Positions 16,895-24,141 of a stretch of 32,000 nucleotides of DNA are shown in pieces. The first letter of the stretch is position 1. Each line of letters starts with the position of its first letter. The stretch lies in NCBI RefSeq assembly GCF_001306055.1, contig NZ_LGHJ01000009.1, positions 90,001 to 122,000 on the forward strand, in the 5' to 3' direction. Made by a program: the position numbers and the translations under genes. The notes beneath the pieces were generated by a model. The model saw only the letters and a list, made by a program, of their open reading frames with translations. It was not told the DNA's origin and made no database searches. This stretch comes from Bellilinea caldifistulae (GTDB lineage: Bacteria > Chloroflexota > Anaerolineae > Anaerolineales > Anaerolineaceae).

Positions 16895-18268
16895 ATGCGT
16901 TCTTTAACCCTCAAACTTACTCTGGCCTTTCTGATTGTGGGTGTGACCGGCGCTTTGCTGGTAGCGGTCTTCATCAACCGGCGCATTCAGTCGGCTTTTG
17001 ACCGCTTTCTGTTGACCCGCGAAGAGCAAACCATGATCTCGGCCTTATTGGAGTATTACCAAATCAACGGTTCATGGGAAGGGATTGACAATGCCTTGCT
17101 GCGCCGGCCGCGCATGATGATGCAGGGGATGGGCGGAATGATGCGCACCCTGGAAGCAACCTGGGCACGCCTGACGCTGGTAGATGCCAACCGGCGGGTT
17201 TTGTTCAGTATCTCGGCAGCTGAACCGAGCGGCACCTTGATCCCCGACAGTGAATTGAACCGGGCTGTCGAGCTCAAGGTGGATAACCAGACCATCGGCT
17301 GGGTGATTCTGAACGCCAAGCGCCGCGCTCTGCTTGCCGACACCCCCGAAGCGGTCTTTTTACGGGGGGTCAATCAAGCTGCCTTGATTAGCGCAGCGAT
17401 TGCCTCGCTGCTGGCGCTAACCTTGGGCGGTTTTCTGGCATATGGGCTGACCCGCTCACTGCGGGAGTTGACCCACGCAACCGAGGAAATTGCGCGCGGA
17501 AATTACGGCAAAGAGGTTGCCGTTCGTTCCAAAGATGAACTGGGGACGCTGGCTCAGGCATTCAACAAAATGAGCCGGGAACTGGCCAATGCCGTTCGAC
17601 TGCGCCGTCAGATGACCGCCGATATTGCCCACGAACTGCGCTCACCGCTGACCGTGCTTTCCGGTTATGCCGAAGCGCTCAGTGACGGTAAGCTTAAAGG
17701 AAGTCCCGAAATTTTCAATGTTCTTCATCAGGAAACGCGCCAGCTGAGCCGGCTGGTGGACGACCTGCGCCTCCTCTCGCTGGCGGATGCCGGCGAATTG
17801 AGTTTGCTGATACAACCCACCGACATTAGCGGCCTGTTGAATCAGGTCATCACCCGCCACCAGGTCACGGCTCAGCAAAAGCAAATTGACTTACAGGCTG
17901 CTATCCCACCTGGCCTGCCCAGATATCCCCTCGACCCCGACCGGATTGCTCAGGTACTGGATAACCTGATTCTGAATGCTTTCCGATACACACCGGCGGG
18001 CGGCTGGATTCGGCTGAGCGCCGAATGGCTGCCTTCTGGCGGGTTACGCCTGAAAGTGCAGGATAACGGCAGCGGTATTGCCGCCGAGGACTTGCCGTAC
18101 ATCTTCGAGCGTTTCTACCGTGCCGATAAAGCGCGTCATTCCACTCAGGAATCGGGATTGGGTCTGGCAATTGCCCGCTCGATCGTCGAAGCACATCGCG
18201 GCAGGATTAATGTGGAAAGCCAGCCGGGGAAAGGCACAACCTTTATCATTGAGTTACCGTCCCCTTAA
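16895..18268 (+). CDS. Sensor histidine kinase (TM - extracytoplasmic loop - TM - HAMP - HisKA - HATPase_c)
   Basis: 457 aa. H-box ADIAHELRSPLT, N-box LDNLILNAFRYT, G-boxes DNGSGI and GLGLAI. The extracytoplasmic loop of about 140 aa contains RMMMQGMGGMMR (17114..17143). Confidence 0.9.
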   Translation: MRSLTLKLTLAFLIVGVTGALLVAVFINRRIQSAFDRFLLTREEQTMISALLEYYQINGSWEGIDNALLRRPRMMMQGMGGMMRTLEATWARLTLVDANRRVLFSISAAEPSGTLIPDSELNRAVELKVDNQTIGWVILNAKRRALLADTPEAVFLRGVNQAALISAAIASLLALTLGGFLAYGLTRSLRELTHATEEIARGNYGKEVAVRSKDELGTLAQAFNKMSRELANAVRLRRQMTADIAHELRSPLTVLSGYAEALSDGKLKGSPEIFNVLHQETRQLSRLVDDLRLLSLADAGELSLLIQPTDISGLLNQVITRHQVTAQQKQIDLQAAIPPGLPRYPLDPDRIAQVLDNLILNAFRYTPAGGWIRLSAEWLPSGGLRLKVQDNGSGIAAEDLPYIFERFYRADKARHSTQESGLGLAIARSIVEAHRGRINVESQPGKGTTFIIELPSP

Positions 18269-18271
18269 TTT

Positions 18272-19321
18272 GTGCAGCATGTTACAATTGCACCTATGCT
18301 GAAACGCTGGCAATTCTGGGTTGGCATTGCAATCAGTGCCTTTTTTCTCTACCTTGCCCTGCGCGGGCTGCATTTGGGGGAAGTCTGGAACTCCTTACAA
18401 TCGGCTCAGTTCTGGTGGCTACTGCCGGGCGTGGCGGTGTATTTTATCGGGGTTTGGGCACGAGCGTGGCGCTGGCACTACCTGCTGCGCCCGCTGAAGA
18501 AAATTTCCACCCGCACCATGTTCCCGATTGTGACCATCGGCTACATGGGCAACAACATTTACCCGGCCCGCGCCGGAGAGGTGCTCCGCGCTGCCATTCT
18601 TAAAGATCGTGAGGGGGTGGCCATTTCCGCTTCACTGGCAACGGTGGTTGTGGAACGCATCTTCGATGCGGTGGTAATGCTGGGATTTGTTTTCTTCAAC
18701 CTTGGCGAGTTGAGCCGCCTGACCCACGATTCGGGGTTTGTGGGCAACATTCAACAGCTTTCCATTTGGAGCGCCCTGATTTTCATCGGCGCGTTAATTG
18801 TCTTCCTGCTGGCGGCCATGTTCCCGCGCGTTACCGAACGGTTGACGATGGGGATTTTGAAAAAGGTGGTGCCGGCTCGCTTTCGCCCCAAAATCAGCGG
18901 GGTTGTCCTGCGCTTCTTAACCGGTCTGGAGTCCCTGCGTTCGCCGCGCGAAGCCTTGATGGTCTTTTTGACCACGGTGATCATCTGGCTGCTGGAAACC
19001 GGCAAGTACTGGTTCATCATGCACGGTTTTGGCTTTGAAGTGAGTTTCTTTGCGCTGATGCTGATGAACGGCATCGTCAACATTGCCACCACCCTGCCCT
19101 CCGCACCGGGTTACGTGGGGACGTTCGACGCTCCGGGTATCGCCGTGCTGGTGGCTTACGGCGTTCCGCAGGCAACCGCGGCTGCCTACACTCTGGTTTT
19201 ACATGCCGCGCTCTGGCTGCCGATTACCGCCCTGGGCGCGTTTTATTACTTCAAACAGCCACTGCGCTGGGGAAAAGATTTGCAGCAAATCCGTCAGACA
19301 GAAAGCGCTGCAACAGACTAA
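18272..19321 (+). CDS. UPF0104 / lysyl-phosphatidylglycerol-synthase-TM-region-like (flippase-like) membrane protein
   Basis: 349 aa and polytopic. RAWRWHYLLRP and the NNIYPARAGEVLR motifs are typical of the PF03706-type family. No C-terminal aminoacyl-PG synthase domain. The GTG start lies 3 nt after the kinase stop; an alternative ATG is at 18296. Confidence 0.7.
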   Translation: MQHVTIAPMLKRWQFWVGIAISAFFLYLALRGLHLGEVWNSLQSAQFWWLLPGVAVYFIGVWARAWRWHYLLRPLKKISTRTMFPIVTIGYMGNNIYPARAGEVLRAAILKDREGVAISASLATVVVERIFDAVVMLGFVFFNLGELSRLTHDSGFVGNIQQLSIWSALIFIGALIVFLLAAMFPRVTERLTMGILKKVVPARFRPKISGVVLRFLTGLESLRSPREALMVFLTTVIIWLLETGKYWFIMHGFGFEVSFFALMLMNGIVNIATTLPSAPGYVGTFDAPGIAVLVAYGVPQATAAAYTLVLHAALWLPITALGAFYYFKQPLRWGKDLQQIRQTESAATD

Positions 19322-19336
19322 CACAGAGGATTGACT

Positions 19337-20641
19337 ATGCGTATCGCTGTCATTGGAGCAGGAATCGGCGGAATGAGCGCCGCCTTCGATTTCATCAACG
19401 CCGGTCATCAGGTAGTGATTTATGAATCCGCCCCGTATGTCGGCGGTCTGGCGGCCGGTTTTAAGGACGAAGGCTGGGAGTGGTCGGTGGAGCATTTTTA
19501 TCATCACTGGTTTCAATCCGACCGCGATATGCTTGGCCTGATTCGCGAGCTGGGCTTGCAGGACAAAGTTGTTTTTCCCCGTCCCAAGACGGTGGTGTAC
19601 TATAAAGAGAAGTTCTACCCGCTGGATTCGCCGCTGGCGGCGCTGACTTTTCCCGGCTTTACCCTGCCGGATATGATTCGCTTTGGGCTGGTGACGGCTT
19701 ACCTGCGCTACCTGGCCGATTGGAAACCGCTGGAGAAAGTCACCGCCGATGAGTGGATGCGCAAAGCCTATGGTGAGCGGTTGTACAGTGTGCTGTTTGA
19801 GCCGCTGCTGCAAGGCAAGTTTGGCCAGCATTACAAATCGGTCAACATGGCGTGGTTTTGGGCGCGCTTTAAGGTGCGCACCACCCGGTTGGGCACTTTT
19901 CAGGGAGGCTTTCAGGCTTTTTCGGATACCTTTGCCGAAATTCTGCGCAAACGCGGGGTTGAAATTCATCTCAACACACCTGTTGAGCGGATCGAAAGCG
20001 GTACAAACGGGCAGGTAAATATCCTGCTGAAAGAAGGTGAGCAGGTCTCTTTTGACCAGTGTCTGGTCACAGTTGGGCCGGGGTTGCTGGCGAAACTGGC
20101 TCCAGGGCTGCCGGAGGATTACCTGCGCGGTCTATTAACCTTGAAAAGCATGGGAGCGGTGGTGATGGTGCTGGCCTTACGCCATCCGCTCTCGGAAGAG
20201 GGTTATTACTGGTTCAACATCCCTAAAAGCGCCGGTTATCCGTTTCTGGCGTTGGTGGAACACACTAACTTCCTGCCCAGCCGCTACTTTGGTGGCGATC
20301 ACATTGTGTATATTGGCGATTATCTCGATGCCGATCACGAGCACTTCCGTTTGAGTAAAGAAGAATTGCTGGAGCGGTTTCTGCCGGTGCTGCCGCGTTT
20401 TAACCCGCGTTTCGAGCCGGGCTGGGTGCGTAAGACCTGGCTGTTCCGCACCACCTACGCACAACCGGTGCCGCTCGTCAACCACTCCCAGAATATCCCG
20501 GCCATCCGCACCCCGCTGCCGGGTCTGTACTTTGCCAGCATGAGTCAGGTGTACCCGTGGGATCGCGGTACAAATTTTGCCGTACAAATTGCCCGCCGTG
20601 CGGCAAAAATGATGCTGGAAGACCTTACCAAAAGAAATTGA
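19337..20641 (+). CDS. NAD(P)/FAD-dependent oxidoreductase (amine-oxidase / phytoene-desaturase / protoporphyrinogen-oxidase superfamily)
   Basis: About 434 aa from the ATG at 19337. N-terminal dinucleotide fold MRIAVIGAGIGGMSAAF...VVIYESAPYVGGL. The substrate is not assignable from sequence alone. Confidence 0.75.
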   Translation: MRIAVIGAGIGGMSAAFDFINAGHQVVIYESAPYVGGLAAGFKDEGWEWSVEHFYHHWFQSDRDMLGLIRELGLQDKVVFPRPKTVVYYKEKFYPLDSPLAALTFPGFTLPDMIRFGLVTAYLRYLADWKPLEKVTADEWMRKAYGERLYSVLFEPLLQGKFGQHYKSVNMAWFWARFKVRTTRLGTFQGGFQAFSDTFAEILRKRGVEIHLNTPVERIESGTNGQVNILLKEGEQVSFDQCLVTVGPGLLAKLAPGLPEDYLRGLLTLKSMGAVVMVLALRHPLSEEGYYWFNIPKSAGYPFLALVEHTNFLPSRYFGGDHIVYIGDYLDADHEHFRLSKEELLERFLPVLPRFNPRFEPGWVRKTWLFRTTYAQPVPLVNHSQNIPAIRTPLPGLYFASMSQVYPWDRGTNFAVQIARRAAKMMLEDLTKRN

Positions 20642-20900
20642 ATGTTAAAAATTTATACCTTGAGAAGACTCTCGTCTGGGTGTCTTGTGGAATTTTTTTA
20701 GGGGTTAAAATTTTTATGGCGTTTTTGCAATTAAGCACCATAGATAGAACATCAGATCAACAACAGTCACAATACCCCCATATATGGGGGTTTATTGGTG
20801 AAGCTAACCCCCGTTTATGGTGTTACCGTTCAACTAAACTATCGCGAATTAACCCAAGAAATTTTGGAAATGTCCTTAACATGAGAATCCTTAAAGATTA
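20642..20900. other. AT-rich intergenic block upstream of dnaA; candidate replication origin / DNA-unwinding region
   Basis: About 32-33% GC on two hand-counted lines, set within flanks above 55% GC. Contains AT-rich 13/14-mers GTTAAAAATTTAT (20644..20656) and GTTAAAATTTTTAT (20704..20717), the perfect palindrome CCCCCATATATGGGGG (20775..20790), and the direct repeat GTTTAT(T)GGTG (20790..20800 and 20813..20822). I saw only weak DnaA-box matches: TGTGGAATT at 20686 and TAAGCCACA at 21061. Confidence 0.35.
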
Positions 20901-20932
20901 ACGGTTTTTTAGAGTAGCGTAGGGTAAGCGTC

Positions 20933-20961
20933 TTGTCGGGCAGGCCTGCTTCTGTTAGAAT
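20933..20961 (+). promoter_or_regulatory. Sigma70-like promoter candidate for dnaA
   Basis: TTGTCG (20933..20938), a 17-nt spacer, then TAGAAT (20956..20961). This would give a leader of about 180 nt containing the hairpins GCGGGT..ACCCGC (about 21001..21022) and CCCTGTGC-AAA-GCACGGG. Confidence 0.3.
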
Positions 20962-21145
20962 GAACAAGCAATCAGCAATACGGGGACAGCCCGATTGTCA
21001 GCGGGTCTTCTCTACCACCCGCTAAACCCTGTGCAAAGCACGGGCAAAATCATCATTCATTAAGCCACACCCGACGGTGGGATTGTCGTTCCTATCCCGC
21101 CTGTTCTTTGGCTTTGCACCCAATCCTGTATGCGGAGGACGACGT

Positions 21146-22477
21146 ATGAATGCTCAACAAGCCTGGCAGGCAGCCCTCGGACAACTGCAAATGGAAATGC
21201 CCAAAGCCTCTTTCGATACCTGGGTTCGTAATGCTGAATTGATCCGCGTGGAAAACAACAAAGCCCGCATTGGTGTCCAAAATGCCTATGCCCGAGACTG
21301 GCTGGAAAGCCGCCTGGCCGGCACATTTGCCCGCTTGTTGACCGGATACCTCGACTCACCGGTAGAGGTGGAGTTCGTTGTCTGGCACCGCGATGCCGAA
21401 CACGAATCCGCTGCACCTTCCGAAATCGTCTCCCATTCCAATGGGAACGGGAACGGCAATGGCAATCGCTGCTTGATTGACCGCTATCGTTTTGATAATT
21501 TTGTGGTGGGCGCCAGCAACCGTATGGCGCACGCGGCTTGTGTGGCCGTGGCTGAAAAACCGGCTCATGCCTATAACCCATTGTTCCTTTATGGCGGGGT
21601 GGGGTTGGGGAAAACCCATCTGCTGCACGCGATTGGCAACGCAGCCACCGAAAAGGGATTGCAGGTGTTGTATGTCTCGTCGGAAGATTTCACCAATGAG
21701 CTGATCAACGCCATCCGCACGCAAAACACGCTGGCTTTCCGTGAACGCTACCGCTCGATGGATGTGCTGCTGATAGACGATATTCAATTCATTGCCGGCA
21801 AAGAATCTACCCAGGAAGAATTTTTCCACACCTTCAACACCCTTCATAATCAGGAAAAGCAGATTGTGCTCTCCTCCGACCGACCGCCCAAGGCGATGGT
21901 CACGTTGGAAGAGCGGCTGCGCTCGCGCTTTGAGTGGGGCTTGACCGTGGACATTCAACCGCCCGACCTGGAAACGCGCATCGCCATTTTACGTTCCAAA
22001 GCCATGCGGGCCGGGCGTGAAGTCCCGATGGACATCTTGACGCTGATTGCGAGGCAGATTCAATCCAACATTCGCGAATTGGAAGGCGCGCTTACCCGCA
22101 TTCTGGCGTATTCCGACCTGAGCAACCAGCCCATCACCGCTAAACTGGTCGAAATTGCGCTGGCCGATCTGTTGCCTCAACAAAGCACAGTGGAACCGGG
22201 AGCGATTATTACCGCGGTGGGGCGGGTATTTGGCGTTAGCCGTGAAAAGTTAGTCGGGCGGGATCGCTCCCGCGAAGTGGCTCTGCCGCGTCAGGTAGCC
22301 ATGTACCTGATGCGCGAAATTGGCGGACTTTCCCTGCCGCAGATTGGAGAGGCCCTGGGCGGACGCGACCACACCACCGTGCTGTATGCCTGCGAAAAAA
22401 TTGCCGACCAGATCGAACGCGACGACCGCCTCCGCCGGCAGGTACTGAACGTCAGGGAACAGGTGTTGGGGAGGTAA
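21146..22477 (+). CDS. dnaA: Chromosomal replication initiator protein DnaA
   Basis: I prefer the ATG at 21146 (GGAGGA ribosome-binding site 6 nt upstream; the N-terminus MNAQQAWQAALGQLQMEM is typical of domain I) over the ORF-track start at 21077. Walker A GGVGLGKTHLL, Walker B LLIDDIQF, sensor motifs, and the C-terminal DNA-binding HTH GGRDHTTVLYACEKI are present. The domain II linker contains an (NG)4 run. Confidence 0.93.
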   Translation: MNAQQAWQAALGQLQMEMPKASFDTWVRNAELIRVENNKARIGVQNAYARDWLESRLAGTFARLLTGYLDSPVEVEFVVWHRDAEHESAAPSEIVSHSNGNGNGNGNRCLIDRYRFDNFVVGASNRMAHAACVAVAEKPAHAYNPLFLYGGVGLGKTHLLHAIGNAATEKGLQVLYVSSEDFTNELINAIRTQNTLAFRERYRSMDVLLIDDIQFIAGKESTQEEFFHTFNTLHNQEKQIVLSSDRPPKAMVTLEERLRSRFEWGLTVDIQPPDLETRIAILRSKAMRAGREVPMDILTLIARQIQSNIRELEGALTRILAYSDLSNQPITAKLVEIALADLLPQQSTVEPGAIITAVGRVFGVSREKLVGRDRSREVALPRQVAMYLMREIGGLSLPQIGEALGGRDHTTVLYACEKIADQIERDDRLRRQVLNVREQVLGR

Positions 22478-22488
22478 GGGGGATAGAG

Positions 22489-24138
22489 TTATCTGGTCTT
22501 ATACTCAATAATTTTATCGTAACGGTATACAGGATCCATTTCCCAGGGTTGACGAATTGTTGGAATTCGCCAGGCCCTGGAGAGATTGGGATTATAATAA
22601 GGATCCCCTTTTTTTATTTTCTCTCGAAAATACTCCCTTTTAGCTAAAAAGTCTTGTTTCGGAATATATTTTCCTCTTGTTTTTCCCTCATAATGGATCA
22701 ACTGAACATCTGGAGTATAAACGATTCTATAACCAGCATCTATGATTCTAAGGCATAGATCAACATCTCCAAAAGCAAGCGTGAGGGATTCATCAAAACC
22801 ACCCACTTGTTCAAAAACATCTCGTCGGACCATCATGCAAGCTCCCGTGACTGCTGACACATTGCGCATCCAATCAACATATCCGTAAGGTGTGTAAATA
22901 TCCGATTTCACTCCCATAAACACATGTGAAGCGTGTCCTTCAAGCCCAATTACAATGCCTGCATGTTGGACCGAACCATCAGGATAGAGCAATTTAGGAC
23001 CTACCGCTCCAACACCCGGGATTTGTAACACACCAGCTAAATTGGTTAGCCAGTCCGGATCAATAATTTCTGTGTCGTTATTTAGAAACAGTAACAGATC
23101 TCCCGTCGCTATTGCAGCTCCCTGATTACATGCGCGAGAAAAGTTGAAGGGAAGGTTTTCTTTTATCACAAGGAAATTCTCATATCTCGACTCATAAAAC
23201 GAGTATAGATTCACAACGTCTAATTTTTCGCTTTGATTATCAACGATAATTACTTCATAATTAGAATAATTAGTCAAGGTGAACAATGAACCAAGACTTT
23301 TACTAATAAACTTATAATTATTACGAGAAGGAATAATTATAGAAATCTTCGTTCCTATATCAGAAAATTTAATAGAAACACTACCGTTTTCCCTCATGTG
23401 AAAAATGGCGTTTATACCCCAATTTTTCATAATACACGAAACAGATTGAATGTGCTGGTTTATTAAAATATCATTTTGCCATGATGATTCTTCTACTTCA
23501 ATTATTGAATTTTGAACATGAGTAACGTCTTTTGAACATTCCATTACTTTACTAAGTAATTCATTGTGGTCAAATAAATTTAATTGTTTCAGAAATTCAA
23601 CCCGATAAACCGCTTTTTCAAGGATATTTATTGAGAGACATAACTCCGGTGACCATTCCGGCTTCAAAAAATACTTATTTCCAAAGGAAGAAATTATCAA
23701 GTCAAAATACAAAACATCCGAGCATACGTGATTTTCTAGAGTTTCAATAAAACATTTAGAGAGACGATCCCCCGGCCGAAGATACATTATGTGACTAGTA
23801 GATATTTTACTGAAGAAATCTTTGCTATAAATATTTAGGTCTCTTAAGTCAAATGGAATAAATTTTTCGGATTCGACTATCTGATGCAACCTTTTGTCAA
23901 ATAAGCAAATCCATTTTTGAGAAGTCTGGAAAACTATTGAATCAACAGTTGATTGTGTATATTCTTGTTTTGGCTCATAAATTAAAACAAAGGTTATCGT
24001 CAAGTTTTCTGAATTTGAATTTGTATAATTAGTATAAATGTTTTCCTCAATGATTTCGGAGAAAAAAGGGCGTATTTTGCAACTTATTATTAATTTTTCA
24101 ATAAAAATACGAAACAGCCAAAAAAGATAATTTAACAT
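22489..24138 (-). CDS. Two-module family-2 glycosyltransferase (degenerate N-terminal GT2-like half plus active C-terminal GT2)
   Basis: 549 aa. The C-terminal half has ISIIIPSRNN...EVIIVDNQS...FLNNDTEI...GACMMVRRDVFEQVGGFDE...DVDLCLR, and ends with the DPYYNPNLS-type tail seen in many GT2 enzymes. The N-terminal half begins like a GT2 (ITFVLIYEPKQ...SIVFQT) but has no visible DxD. Low GC. Confidence 0.8.
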   Translation of the reverse strand: MLNYLFWLFRIFIEKLIISCKIRPFFSEIIEENIYTNYTNSNSENLTITFVLIYEPKQEYTQSTVDSIVFQTSQKWICLFDKRLHQIVESEKFIPFDLRDLNIYSKDFFSKISTSHIMYLRPGDRLSKCFIETLENHVCSDVLYFDLIISSFGNKYFLKPEWSPELCLSINILEKAVYRVEFLKQLNLFDHNELLSKVMECSKDVTHVQNSIIEVEESSWQNDILINQHIQSVSCIMKNWGINAIFHMRENGSVSIKFSDIGTKISIIIPSRNNYKFISKSLGSLFTLTNYSNYEVIIVDNQSEKLDVVNLYSFYESRYENFLVIKENLPFNFSRACNQGAAIATGDLLLFLNNDTEIIDPDWLTNLAGVLQIPGVGAVGPKLLYPDGSVQHAGIVIGLEGHASHVFMGVKSDIYTPYGYVDWMRNVSAVTGACMMVRRDVFEQVGGFDESLTLAFGDVDLCLRIIDAGYRIVYTPDVQLIHYEGKTRGKYIPKQDFLAKREYFREKIKKGDPYYNPNLSRAWRIPTIRQPWEMDPVYRYDKIIEYKTR

Positions 24139-24141
24139 CTT

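Noticed and set aside
19199-19969. 256-aa minus-strand ORF overlapping the UPF0104 and oxidoreductase genes
   Set aside because: It is antisense to two well-supported genes, has a low-complexity Arg/Gln/Lys-rich translation, and has no ribosome-binding site or motif.
20557-20901. 114-aa ORF spanning the end of the oxidoreductase gene and the AT-rich spacer
   Set aside because: It begins inside another gene in a different frame and runs through the AT-rich putative origin region. There is no ribosome-binding site or recognisable motif.
21077-21145. 23-codon N-terminal extension of dnaA in the ORF track
   Set aside because: It starts at a non-ATG codon and has no ribosome-binding site. The ATG at 21146 has a GGAGGA ribosome-binding site and begins the conserved DnaA domain I sequence.
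21356-21958. 200-aa minus-strand ORF inside dnaA, and the 21060..21581 ORF
   Set aside because: They are shadow ORFs of dnaA. DnaA motifs unambiguously define the plus strand as coding.
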